Made by a program: the position numbers and the translations under genes. The notes below the pieces were generated by a model that was given only the letters and a program-made list of their open reading frames with translations, did no database searches and was not told the DNA's origin. From NCBI GenBank assembly GCA_045638105.1, contig JAZUAT010000007.1, positions 5,328-69,327 on the forward strand: a DNA stretch of 64,000 nt, written 5' to 3'. Shown here piece after piece: positions 47,453 through 57,080 of the stretch; position 1 is the first letter of the stretch; each line of letters starts with the position of its first letter. Origin of the DNA: Christensenellaceae bacterium. Its GTDB lineage: Bacteria; Bacillota; Clostridia; Christensenellales; Borkfalkiaceae.

Positions 47453-48091
47453 ATGTCAAAATCTTTATATAGTTTACTATTAAATGATGAAGTAGTACAA
47501 AAAATTGATAAAATGGCAAGAATAAACGGTATGAGCCGTTCAAATATGATTGAAAAATTGCTTGCAGATGCAGTTGGTTATGAAACGCCTCAAATGCGCG
47601 CGGGCAATATTTTTGAAGAAATTGAAAAATTGCTTGCAACAAGCAGTAGTATGCGCTATTTGGCAAATCAATCGCAATATATGGCGTCAATTATAAGTGC
47701 GCTTGATTATAGGTATAACCCTGCAATTAAATATAGCGTTGAGTTGTTTCCAAATTCTAAACATTTAGGTCAATTAAAGGTAACGTTGCGCACGCAAAAC
47801 TCTATACTTATAGACCTTTTAAGCGACTTTTTTAATATTTACGCCTATTTAGAAAAAACGCATTACAACTCGCAAGCAATTCACTTGTTTGAAGGTAACA
47901 GATTTACAAGGCTTTTTAATTTTCCAAATACGGCAATAACAACAAAGTCTCTTGCAGAAAAGTTGACTGAATACGTTAAGCATTTTGACGAACTTTTAAA
48001 CCTTTATTTTAATAATTTAGATAACAAAAATTTACTTCCTTTAATAGAGCAAAAGTTTATTTTATTAAAGCAAGGTGAAATAGTAATTTAA
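47453..48091 (+). CDS. Ribbon-helix-helix (CopG/Arc-like) N-terminal domain protein with a ~150-aa C-terminal domain of unknown function; candidate regulator encoded directly upstream of clpB
   Basis: 'LYSLLLNDEVVQKIDKMARINGMSRSNMIEKLLADAV' matches the RHH beta-alpha-alpha pattern. The stop codon lies 30 nt before the clpB start. Confidence 0.45.
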   Translation: MSKSLYSLLLNDEVVQKIDKMARINGMSRSNMIEKLLADAVGYETPQMRAGNIFEEIEKLLATSSSMRYLANQSQYMASIISALDYRYNPAIKYSVELFPNSKHLGQLKVTLRTQNSILIDLLSDFFNIYAYLEKTHYNSQAIHLFEGNRFTRLFNFPNTAITTKSLAEKLTEYVKHFDELLNLYFNNLDNKNLLPLIEQKFILLKQGEIVI

Positions 48092-48121
48092 AAGTTAAGT
48101 TTTAATAAAAAGGAGTGGAAT

Positions 48122-50710
48122 ATGAATAGTCAAAAACTAACTCAAAAATCAATAGAAGCAATAAATAGTGCAAGTTCAATTTCACGCTCTAATCAAAACG
48201 GGCAAATAAATAGTTTGCACTTATTAAGCGCACTTTTAAACGATGATAGTGGCGTTATAGTTAGCGTGTTAAAAAACGCGGGTATAGACTATAAAAGCGT
48301 GCAAAAAAGGGTGGAAAATGCAATAAGTGGATTGCCAACCGTAAAGGGAAGCACGGGCGAATATTTATCAAGCGACTTATCTTCTTGCTTAGAAACTGCT
48401 GAAAAAAAAGCTAATGAAATGAAAGATGAGTTCGTTTCCGTTGAGCATCTTTTTTACGGCTTAATTGAAAACGGCAATACTGAAACGCAAAAAATCTTTA
48501 AAGAATTCAATATTGAAAAGCAAACTTTTTTAAAAGCTTTAATGGCAGTTCGCGGTAACACGCGCGTTACAAGTGACAATCCAGAATCAACCTACGACGT
48601 GTTAAATAAATACGGCCAAGATTTAGTTGAGCGTGCACGTGCGCAAAAAATTGATCCGGTTATTGGGCGTGATGAAGAGATTCGTAGCGTTATACGCATA
48701 CTTTCCCGCAAGACTAAAAATAACCCCGTTTTAATTGGCGAAGCGGGTGTTGGTAAAACGGCAATTGCGGAAGGTTTGGCAATAAGAATAATGAAAGGAG
48801 ACGTGCCAGAGCAATTAAAAGACCGCAAACTTTTTTCACTTGATATTGGCGCTTTAATTGCAGGCGCAAAATATCGTGGCGAGTTTGAAGAAAGGCTAAA
48901 AGCCGTTTTACAAGAAGTTAAAAAGAGTGAAGGAAAAATTATACTTTTTATTGATGAGCTTCACACTATCGTAGGTGCGGGCAAAACTGACGGCGCTATG
49001 GACGCAGGCAACTTGCTTAAACCTATGCTTGCGCGTGGAGAACTTCACTGCATTGGCGCAACCACGCTTGACGAGTATAGAAAATATATAGAAAAAGACC
49101 CCGCTTTAGAAAGGCGTTTTCAACCAGTATTAGTTAATGAGCCAACGGTTTTAGATACGATATCAATACTACGCGGTTTAAAGGAGAGATACGAAGTTTA
49201 CCACGGCGTAAAAATTCAAGATAACGCACTTGTTAGCGCGGCAACGCTTTCAAATAGATATATAACCGATAGGTTTTTACCCGACAAGGCTATTGACCTA
49301 GTTGACGAGGCGTGCGCAAATATAAAAACGGAAATGAATTCTATGCCAAGTGAGATGGACGAGGTTTCACGCAAGATTATTCAACTTGAAATTGAAGAAA
49401 CGGCGCTTAAAAAAGAGAGCGATGAACTTTCAAAAACAAGGCTTAAAAAACTTATAGACGAATTAAGCGAATTGCGTGCAAGTTACGCTAATATGAAGTC
49501 CGTTTGGGAAAGCGAAAAGAAAGGCATTAACGCCGTTCAAGATTTAAGAAAAGAAATTGAAGAAGTAAATAATCAAATAGAAAAGGCGGAGCGTGAATAC
49601 GACCTTAACAAAGCAAGCGAGTTAAAGTACGGCAAACTCCCTGCGCTTAAAAAGCAACTTGAACAAGCTGAAAAAAATGGCGATAAAAAAGAGCAAAACA
49701 CGTTACTTCGCGATAAGGTTACGCCTGAAGAAATTGAAAAAATAGTTTCAAGGTGGACGGGTATTCCCGTTTCTAAATTAAAGGCGAGTGAAATTGACAA
49801 ACTTTTAAATTTAGAAAGCGTTTTACACGAGCGTGTTGTTGGGCAAAACGAAGCCGTTGCAAAGGTGGCAGATGCAATAATAAGGTCACGCGCGGGCATA
49901 CAAGACCCTAATAGACCGCTTGGCTCTTTCTTATTTTTAGGCCCAACGGGCGTTGGCAAAACGGAACTTGCAAAAACGCTTGCGTCAACTCTTTTTGACG
50001 ATGAAAAGAATTTAATTAGAATAGATATGTCGGAATATATGGAAAAGTTTAGCGTGTCACGTTTGATTGGTGCGCCACCGGGATACGTTGGGTTTGAGGA
50101 CGGCGGTCAACTTACCGAAGCTGTTAGAAGAAAGCCTTATTCCGTAGTGCTTTTTGACGAAATTGAAAAAGCGCACCCAGACGTGTTTAACGTTTTACTT
50201 CAAGTGCTTGACGATGGTAGAATTACCGATAGCCAAGGCCGTACGGTTGACTTTAAAAATACGATTATAATCTTAACTTCTAACATAGGCTCGCCTTATA
50301 TTTTAGACGGAATTAACGAAAACGGCGAAATTAGTTTAGTTGCAAGAGAGCAAGTTGAAAATCTTTTAAAACAAAGTTTTAGACCAGAATTTTTAAACCG
50401 CCTTGATGAAATAGTGTTCTATAAACCGCTTGCAAAAGGCGAGATTTCTAAAATTGTTGAACTTTTAATTAAATCGCTTAAAAACCGCTTAAAAGAAAAA
50501 GAACTTTATTTAGAAATTACAAAACCTGCAGTAGAATATATTATTGAAAACGGCTACGACCCAACTTACGGCGCGCGTCCACTTAAGCGCTTTATTCAAA
50601 GTAAAGTTGAAACGCTAGTTGCAAAATTTATTTTAAAAAGCAACCTAAAACCTAATTCCGTTTTGGTTGTAGACTATCTAAACGGCGAACTTTTTATAGA
50701 AGTGAAATAA
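48122..50710 (+). CDS. clpB: ATP-dependent chaperone ClpB
   Basis: Two AAA+ modules (Walker A 'GEAGVGKTA' and 'GPTGVGKTE'). The middle coiled-coil domain and 862-aa length are typical of ClpB. Confidence 0.9.
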   Translation: MNSQKLTQKSIEAINSASSISRSNQNGQINSLHLLSALLNDDSGVIVSVLKNAGIDYKSVQKRVENAISGLPTVKGSTGEYLSSDLSSCLETAEKKANEMKDEFVSVEHLFYGLIENGNTETQKIFKEFNIEKQTFLKALMAVRGNTRVTSDNPESTYDVLNKYGQDLVERARAQKIDPVIGRDEEIRSVIRILSRKTKNNPVLIGEAGVGKTAIAEGLAIRIMKGDVPEQLKDRKLFSLDIGALIAGAKYRGEFEERLKAVLQEVKKSEGKIILFIDELHTIVGAGKTDGAMDAGNLLKPMLARGELHCIGATTLDEYRKYIEKDPALERRFQPVLVNEPTVLDTISILRGLKERYEVYHGVKIQDNALVSAATLSNRYITDRFLPDKAIDLVDEACANIKTEMNSMPSEMDEVSRKIIQLEIEETALKKESDELSKTRLKKLIDELSELRASYANMKSVWESEKKGINAVQDLRKEIEEVNNQIEKAEREYDLNKASELKYGKLPALKKQLEQAEKNGDKKEQNTLLRDKVTPEEIEKIVSRWTGIPVSKLKASEIDKLLNLESVLHERVVGQNEAVAKVADAIIRSRAGIQDPNRPLGSFLFLGPTGVGKTELAKTLASTLFDDEKNLIRIDMSEYMEKFSVSRLIGAPPGYVGFEDGGQLTEAVRRKPYSVVLFDEIEKAHPDVFNVLLQVLDDGRITDSQGRTVDFKNTIIILTSNIGSPYILDGINENGEISLVAREQVENLLKQSFRPEFLNRLDEIVFYKPLAKGEISKIVELLIKSLKNRLKEKELYLEITKPAVEYIIENGYDPTYGARPLKRFIQSKVETLVAKFILKSNLKPNSVLVVDYLNGELFIEVK

Positions 50711-50728
50711 AGAGCGTTAATAATTAAC

Positions 50729-50765
50729 TGCGCGGAGCAAACGTGCTCCGCGTTTTATTTTTTTG
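50729..50765 (+). terminator. clpB terminator
   Basis: cgcggagca-aacg-tgctccgcg followed by ttttatttttttg. Confidence 0.75.
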
Positions 50766-50873
50766 TTGCAATAATAAAACTAGTGTGCTATAATAAGTTT
50801 GCGTTTTTAGTTGGTATAACTACAAAAATGGCATATAAATATTAATTAAAAATAAATGGAGGAAATTTTTAAA

Positions 50874-51689
50874 ATGAAAAAAATAATATGTGCTTTATTA
50901 TCGCTTGCGTTTATGTTTTCATTAACTGCTTGCGGTGAAAGCGAAGTTGAAAAGGCCACCGAAATTAAAGAGGTTATTTCTACGTACGAAACCAATTTAG
51001 AAAATGCAGACTTTTCTAAATTTTCTATAACTTATGAATTTTCTAATCGCTGTGAATACAATCACGACCTTGTTCAAGATATTTATAAATTCCGCAATAT
51101 GACAATGAGATACGACGAAAGCGGATATCTTTATTATAAAAATCAAGAAGAAGAATCTGTATATAGAGAATTATGGTTATATATTGACGGAACAAACTTA
51201 ATTTTAGCCACGATTAGCCATACAAATTCAAAAGACACTAAGAAATACGATATTTTAGAATTTAATTCTTACGAAAAAGCACACGAAAGATTTTTAGAAG
51301 AAGCACCAAAGAGCCTTGATAGGTTTGAAGATTGGTATTATTATTTGTATAATGAAGTTTGTGAAATTCCAGCAACGTATTGCACGAACTATTTTGAAAC
51401 GGCTTCAAACTTATGCGAAAGAGTAATTAACGAATTAGACCCATCTATGACCGTTATTACAAACGATGGCACGACTCTTGACATTAAATTTTCCGATGAC
51501 CAAAGATACGTTTTTGAAAACGGAATATTAAAATCTTATAACGATAGTTCTTCAGGTAGAAGGCAGTTTAATAAAAACGGCATTGGTACAGTAACGGAAA
51601 CGTATGATAGAATGGAAAAATTTGATTTATTAACTTCTTGCAATATAAGCAAGCCAGACTTATCAACGTTTGAAAAAATTTATCATTAA
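50874..51689 (+). CDS. Hypothetical lipoprotein
   Basis: Signal peptide plus lipobox 'FMFSLTAC|G'. No other motif. Start taken at MKKIICALL. Confidence 0.5.
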   Translation: MKKIICALLSLAFMFSLTACGESEVEKATEIKEVISTYETNLENADFSKFSITYEFSNRCEYNHDLVQDIYKFRNMTMRYDESGYLYYKNQEEESVYRELWLYIDGTNLILATISHTNSKDTKKYDILEFNSYEKAHERFLEEAPKSLDRFEDWYYYLYNEVCEIPATYCTNYFETASNLCERVINELDPSMTVITNDGTTLDIKFSDDQRYVFENGILKSYNDSSSGRRQFNKNGIGTVTETYDRMEKFDLLTSCNISKPDLSTFEKIYH

Positions 51690-51729
51690 TACTTATTGTG
51701 TATAACGCAAAAAAACATTTTTAAATTAA

Positions 51730-51805
51730 AAAAGCCGAGTTTTATAACTCGGCTTTAACTTTTTTTATCAAATAAAAACTCCACGGAAAGTGCCGTGGAG
51801 TTAGT
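51730..51805. terminator. Pair of convergent terminators (lipoprotein gene on + strand, nfnB on - strand)
   Basis: aaagccgagtt-ttat-aactcggcttt followed by aactttttttat. Then aactccacgg-aaagtg-ccgtggagtt with a T-run on the minus strand. Confidence 0.75.
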
Positions 51806-51815
51806 TGTTTATAAA

Positions 51816-53219
51816 TTATTTATTTAAATATTCATCAATTGCTTTTGCTGCTGTTTTACCTGCGCCCATTGCAGAAATAACGGTTGATGCACCCGTTACA
51901 GCATCGCCACCAGCGTAAACGCCGTCAAGTGAAGTTTTGCCGTCTTCCGTAACAATAATACCACCACGCCTGTTTACTTCTAAGCCGTTTGTAGTATCTT
52001 TAATAAGTGGGTTAGGGCTTGTTCCTATTGACATAATTACAACGTCAACCGGAATTTCAAATTCGCTATTTTCAACGGCGATAGGGCGTCTTCTACCTTC
52101 GCTATCAGGTTCGCCAAGTTCCATTTTAATACAAATCATACTCTTAACAAAGCCGTTCATAGGGTCGCGTGGGTCATCTTTATTAATATGCGCTTTAATT
52201 TCAATAGGGTTTGTTAAAACGTTAAATTCAATGCCTTCTTCAATGGCGTTTTCAATTTCTTCGTGCCTTGCAGGAAGTTCGTTCATAGAGCGCCTATATA
52301 TAACTTTAACGTTATCAGCACCAAGCCTTAACGCCGTACGAGCCGCGTCCATAGCAACGTTACCGCCACCAACAACGGCAACCGTTTTACCTTTCATAAT
52401 AGGAGTTGCGCTATTTTTATAAGCCTTCATTAAGTTGCTACGAGTTAAAAATTCGTTAGCGGAATAAACGCCTTTATATGCTTCGCCAGGGATATTCATA
52501 AAGTTAGGAAGTCCAGCGCCAGAGCCAATAAATATTGCTTTATAGCCCATATCAAAAAGGTCTTCAACGTTTAACGTTTTGCCAATAACAACGTTACACT
52601 CAAACTTAACGCCGTAGCTTTCAAGTTTTTTAACTTCGCTTTTTACTATTGCTTTTGGAAGTCTAAATTCAGGAATACCGTAAACTAAAACGCCACCTTC
52701 GGTATGTAATGCTTCAAAAACGGTAACGTCGTAGCCAAGTTTGCTTAAGTCGCCCGCGCAAGTGAGACCTGCAGGGCCAGAGCCTACAACCGCCACTTTA
52801 ATTCCGTTCTTTTCTTTAAGTTCAACGCTCATTTCCGTTGCATTGTCTGCAACGAATCTTTCAAGCCTACCAATACCAACTGCTTCGCCTTTAATAGCAC
52901 GAACGCACTTTGCTTCGCATTGGCTTTCTTGTGGGCAAACTCTACCGCAAATTGACGGAAGATTTGAAGTTTTAGCAATAACGCTATAAGCGCCGTTTAT
53001 ATTATCGTTTTTAATTTCCTTAATAAAACTAGGAATATCAATTTTAACAGGGCAACCGTTTACGCAAGCAGGGTTTTTACATTCTAAACATCTATTTGCT
53101 TCTTCTTTTGCCATTTCGTAAGTGTAGCCAAGAGCAACTTCTTCAAAGTTTTTACCGCGAGCGATAGGGTCTTGCATTGGCATATCAACCTTTTTTAAAC
53201 TCATATTAAATTTAGCCAT
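51816..53219 (-). CDS. nfnB: NADH-dependent reduced-ferredoxin:NADP+ oxidoreductase subunit B (GltD-like)
   Basis: N-terminal Cys clusters (CLECKNPACVNGCP; CGRVCPQESQCEAKC) plus two dinucleotide-binding motifs (VAVVGSGPAGLTCA; VAVVGGGNVAMD). 467 aa. Confidence 0.75.
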   Translation of the reverse strand: MAKFNMSLKKVDMPMQDPIARGKNFEEVALGYTYEMAKEEANRCLECKNPACVNGCPVKIDIPSFIKEIKNDNINGAYSVIAKTSNLPSICGRVCPQESQCEAKCVRAIKGEAVGIGRLERFVADNATEMSVELKEKNGIKVAVVGSGPAGLTCAGDLSKLGYDVTVFEALHTEGGVLVYGIPEFRLPKAIVKSEVKKLESYGVKFECNVVIGKTLNVEDLFDMGYKAIFIGSGAGLPNFMNIPGEAYKGVYSANEFLTRSNLMKAYKNSATPIMKGKTVAVVGGGNVAMDAARTALRLGADNVKVIYRRSMNELPARHEEIENAIEEGIEFNVLTNPIEIKAHINKDDPRDPMNGFVKSMICIKMELGEPDSEGRRRPIAVENSEFEIPVDVVIMSIGTSPNPLIKDTTNGLEVNRRGGIIVTEDGKTSLDGVYAGGDAVTGASTVISAMGAGKTAAKAIDEYLNK

Positions 53220-54075
53220 TAAAGTTTTCCCCCATCTTTTTTAAATTGCAAGTTTCTTCGTATGCTTGGCGTTCAAAGTTTTTGTACGTTGCACCTCTAA
53301 CCATTGCTTCGTCAAAGTCAACTTCGTAAGCGTTAAAGTCTGGCCCGTCAACGCATGCGAATTTTGTAACGCGCTTGCCATCTTGAATAAGTGTTAAACG
53401 GCAACCACCGCACATACCCGTTCCGTCTATCATAATAGGGTTCATAGAAACGTCACAAGGAATACCCGTTGGTTTTGTAGCCATTGTTACGAACTTCATC
53501 ATAATAAGTGGACCAATTGAAATAACTTTATCAAACTTTTTGCCTTCGTTAAACATATTAGTAAGCGGAACGCAAACGTTGCCTTTTTCGCCGTAAGAGC
53601 CGTCGTCAGTATAAACAAAGCATTTGTTTGAATATTTTTTAAACTCATCTTCTAAAATAACCAAATCTTTTGTTCTAAAGCCAATAATACTTGTTACGTT
53701 AGCACCGCTTTCGCTTAACTTTTTAACGATAGGAAAGGCTATTGCACAGCCAACGCCACCGCCAACGATGCAAACGTCTTTTAATCCGTCAAGTTCCGTA
53801 GGTTTGCCAAGCGGACCAACAAAGTCACGAATATATTCGCCTTCGTTTTTAAGATTTAACGCATAAGTTGTTGCGCCAACAATTTGGAAAATAATGGTAA
53901 TTGTGCCACGCACCCTATCATAGTCTGCAATAGTTAAAGGAACGCGTTCGCCATCATCGTCAACACGTAAAATAATAAATTGACCAGGCTCTGCCTTTTT
54001 TGCAACTAACGGTGCTTCAATTTCCATAAGAGTAACCGTATTGTTTAAACTTTGCTTTTTAAGAATTTTATACAT
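53212..54075 (-). CDS. nfnA: NfnA (PyrK-like FAD/[2Fe-2S] ferredoxin-NADP+ reductase subunit)
   Basis: 287 aa. A flavin-binding beta-barrel, then C-terminal 'CGGC…C' iron-sulfur Cys (GMCGGCRL…FACVDGP). It overlaps nfnB by 8 nt. Confidence 0.7.
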   Translation of the reverse strand: MYKILKKQSLNNTVTLMEIEAPLVAKKAEPGQFIILRVDDDGERVPLTIADYDRVRGTITIIFQIVGATTYALNLKNEGEYIRDFVGPLGKPTELDGLKDVCIVGGGVGCAIAFPIVKKLSESGANVTSIIGFRTKDLVILEDEFKKYSNKCFVYTDDGSYGEKGNVCVPLTNMFNEGKKFDKVISIGPLIMMKFVTMATKPTGIPCDVSMNPIMIDGTGMCGGCRLTLIQDGKRVTKFACVDGPDFNAYEVDFDEAMVRGATYKNFERQAYEETCNLKKMGENFNG

Positions 54076-54230
54076 TTTTCATCTCCAAACATTTTAAACG
54101 AGATTGTTTAAAATTTAACAAACTATTTATATTTTAGCACAAAAAATTTGCAATGCCAACAAAAACGGCTATACAACTTGACAAAATTTTAGTATTATTG
54201 TAAAATAGCAATGTTTTAAGGAGGAAACTT

Positions 54231-55085
54231 ATGAAAATAGCCATTACTTCAGATAGTACTATTGACTTATCTAAAGAACTTTTACAAGAGTTTGATATTA
54301 AAATTAGACCACTTCAATTTACTTTGGGAGGCAATTTGTATCGTGACGGCGACCTTACTAACGAGCAAATTTTTGAATTTGTTAACAACGGCGGTGCACT
54401 TCCTAAAACAAGTGCGGAAAATGCCGAAGGTTTTAAAGAATTCTTTACTGAAATTTTAAAAGAGTACGATGCTATTATCCACTTTGACATTTCTTCTGAT
54501 ATCAGTAGCACGTTCAACAACGCAAGAATTGCCGCTATGGATTTTGATGGTAAGGTTGAAGTTATTGACTCTAAAAACTTGTCAACAGGCATAGCACTTT
54601 TAGCGATTTATGCACGCAAGCTTACTAAAAAAGAAAGTGACATAAAAGTTATTGCTGAAAAAGTTAGAGAAAGAGTTCCTTTCGTTCAAGCAAGTTTCGT
54701 TGTAGAAAGGCTTGACTATTTACATAAAGGCGGTAGATGTTCAAGCGTTGCATTGCTTGGTGCAAACCTTTTAAAAATTAGACCGCAAATTATCGTTAAA
54801 GATGGTAAAATGGGTAGTTATAAAAAGTTTAGGGGCCCAATGCCAATGGTCGTTTCTAAATACTGCAAAGAAACGCTTGAAGAATTTAACAATCCTGACA
54901 AGTCGGTTATATTTTTAACGTATAGTTCTGCAACACCAGAAATGATTAAAGCCGCACACGACGTTATTGACGGGTTAGGTTTTAAAAACATTTATGAAAC
55001 TACTGCCGGCGGTATAGTTTCTTCACACTGTGGCGAAAACACGCTTGGCATACTTTATATTAACGACGGCAAAACAGAAGATTAA
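54231..55085 (+). CDS. DegV-family fatty-acid-binding protein
   Basis: 'MKIAITSDSTIDLSKELLQEFDIKIRPLQF' and the overall 284-aa length match the DegV/DUF194 family. Confidence 0.8.
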   Translation: MKIAITSDSTIDLSKELLQEFDIKIRPLQFTLGGNLYRDGDLTNEQIFEFVNNGGALPKTSAENAEGFKEFFTEILKEYDAIIHFDISSDISSTFNNARIAAMDFDGKVEVIDSKNLSTGIALLAIYARKLTKKESDIKVIAEKVRERVPFVQASFVVERLDYLHKGGRCSSVALLGANLLKIRPQIIVKDGKMGSYKKFRGPMPMVVSKYCKETLEEFNNPDKSVIFLTYSSATPEMIKAAHDVIDGLGFKNIYETTAGGIVSSHCGENTLGILYINDGKTED

Positions 55086-55133
55086 TCAAAATAGCACACT
55101 TGTATTAAGCGAGTGTGCTAATTTATTGGATAT

Positions 55134-55970
55134 ATGAAAGTAATAAAAGTAGATAGCGAATTTTTTAATGCAAAAGATACGCTTGAATGTGGGCAAGTTT
55201 TTAGATATAGCGAAAGTGGCGGAGTTTACACGGTTTATAGTTTAGATAAGGTTGCAAAAGTTTATACTAATAACAATCATACGTTTATTGAAACGAATGA
55301 CGTTGAGTATTTTTCCACGTATTTTGACTTAAAAACGGACTATAACCTAATTTTTAATGGTGTTTTAGCGCAAAACAGCGATTTTTTAACTAAAACTGCA
55401 CGTTTAGGAAAGGGTATAAGAATACTTAAACAAAACGTTACTGAAACGGCTTTTTCCTTTATAATTTCGCAAAACAACAATATAAAGCGCATCCAGTCAA
55501 CCATTGAAAAAATGTGCACGTCGCTTGGTAAAAAAGTGGTAGAAAACGGGTGCGAATTTTACGCTTTTCCGTCCGTTTCTGCTCTTGCAAGCGCAAGTCT
55601 AGATTTTTATAAAAGCATTGGGCTTGGTTATAGGGCAGAGTATATAAAAGGCTTTGCCGAAATGCTTAATAGCGGGTATAATTTAGAAGATTTACGCAGT
55701 TTGCCAACCGCACAAATTACGAGTGAACTTTTAAAGGTAAAGGGCATAGGCAAAAAGGTGGCGGACTGCATTACGCTTTTTGGCTACTCTAAAACGGATA
55801 GTTTCCCTGTAGACACTTGGATAGAAAAAATATATATTCAAAATTTAAACGGCACGCAAAAAGATAGAGTTAAAATTTCAAACGAATTGCTTGAAAAGTT
55901 TGGCGATTTGTCTGGCTATATTCAACAATACGTTTTTTATTACAAGCGTAGCCTTGAAAATAAGGAGTAA
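55134..55970 (+). CDS. HhH-GPD DNA glycosylase of the OGG1/AlkA type (8-oxoguanine DNA glycosylase-like)
   Basis: Helix-hairpin-helix plus Gly/Pro…Asp motif 'LLKVKGIGKKVADCITLFGYSKTDSFPVDTW'. N-terminal OGG_N-like region. Confidence 0.6.
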   Translation: MKVIKVDSEFFNAKDTLECGQVFRYSESGGVYTVYSLDKVAKVYTNNNHTFIETNDVEYFSTYFDLKTDYNLIFNGVLAQNSDFLTKTARLGKGIRILKQNVTETAFSFIISQNNNIKRIQSTIEKMCTSLGKKVVENGCEFYAFPSVSALASASLDFYKSIGLGYRAEYIKGFAEMLNSGYNLEDLRSLPTAQITSELLKVKGIGKKVADCITLFGYSKTDSFPVDTWIEKIYIQNLNGTQKDRVKISNELLEKFGDLSGYIQQYVFYYKRSLENKE

Positions 55971-55972
55971 TT

Positions 55973-57070
55973 ATGATTAAAGTAGACGTTGTTTCGGGCT
56001 TTTTAGGCGCGGGTAAAACTACACTCATTACAAAGTTATTAAGCGGTTTAGATAAAAGCGAAAAAATTGCTATTATTGAAAACGAATTTGGCGAAATTGG
56101 CATTGACGGCGCTTTTTTAAAAAATTCCGGCATAGAAATTAAGGAAATAAACTCAGGCTGTATTTGTTGCTCGCTTGTTGGCAATTTTTCTCAGTCTTTA
56201 AAAGAATTAGTTCAAAAATATTCGCCTAATAGAATTATAATAGAGCCGTCTGGCGTTGGCAAACTTAGTGACGTTGTTAAGGCTATAAACGACTCGGGCA
56301 TTGACGTTAAGGTAAATATTGTTTGTACCGTTGTTGACGGCGGTAAATGCAAAATGTACTATAAAAACTTTGGTGAATTTTACCTTGACCAAATTAAAGA
56401 GGCAAGCGTTATTGTAATTTCTAAAACGGAAAAATTAAGCGAAGAAAAACTCATTGAAACTTGTGAGTTTATTAAAACTTACAATCCAACTGCAACACTT
56501 ATTACAACTCCAATTAATAAGCTTGACGGCAAATTGCTTGTTGAAAATTTAGAAGACGGCATAACGCTTACTGAAATGCTTATTGCCGAACTTAAAAAGC
56601 ATGAGCACGGCCACCACCATCATCACCACGATGAAGAGTGCCACTGCCACGACCACGAACATGAACATGAAGAGTGCCATTGCCATGACCATGAACATGA
56701 CCATGAGCATGAACATGAAGAATGTCACTGCCACGAACACGAGCATCACCATGAGCACGGCGAAGAATGTTGTTGTCATGGTCATCATCACCACCATGCA
56801 GAAGAAGTTTTTGAAAGCGTTGCAATAGAAACTCCTAAAGCGTATTCTTTTAAAGAACTAAACGATATTTTAACTAAACTTTGCACGGACGAGTATGGTA
56901 CTATTTTACGTGCAAAAGGCGTTTTAAAATCAAGCGAAGGCGAGTTGTGGCATTATTTTGACCTTGTTGCAGGCGACTTTGAAGTGCGTACAGGCGCGCC
57001 AGACGTTATTGGTAAGGCTTGCGTTATAGGCAGTAAAATTAACAAAGAAGAAATTAAAAAATTATTTTAA
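55973..57070 (+). CDS. COG0523 (CobW/ZigA-like) G3E GTPase metallochaperone with an extreme His/Cys-rich insert
   Basis: P-loop 'GFLGAGKTTL'. CobW signature 'NSGCICCSL'. The central ~65 aa are almost entirely H, E, C and D, with (EECHCHDHEHEHE) repeated 3 times. C-terminal CobW_C-like segment 'ILRAKGVLKSSEGELWHYFDLVAGDFEV'. Confidence 0.75.
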   Translation: MIKVDVVSGFLGAGKTTLITKLLSGLDKSEKIAIIENEFGEIGIDGAFLKNSGIEIKEINSGCICCSLVGNFSQSLKELVQKYSPNRIIIEPSGVGKLSDVVKAINDSGIDVKVNIVCTVVDGGKCKMYYKNFGEFYLDQIKEASVIVISKTEKLSEEKLIETCEFIKTYNPTATLITTPINKLDGKLLVENLEDGITLTEMLIAELKKHEHGHHHHHHDEECHCHDHEHEHEECHCHDHEHDHEHEHEECHCHEHEHHHEHGEECCCHGHHHHHAEEVFESVAIETPKAYSFKELNDILTKLCTDEYGTILRAKGVLKSSEGELWHYFDLVAGDFEVRTGAPDVIGKACVIGSKINKEEIKKLF

Positions 57071-57080
57071 AAGGTAAATT

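Noticed and set aside
56549-56828. Three overlapping ORFs (on both strands) rich in Met/Val/Thr or His/Gly/Arg within the CobW His-rich region
   Set aside because: They are artefacts of the low-complexity cac/cat/gaa repeat. The sense frame is continuous with well-supported G3E GTPase N- and C-terminal domains.
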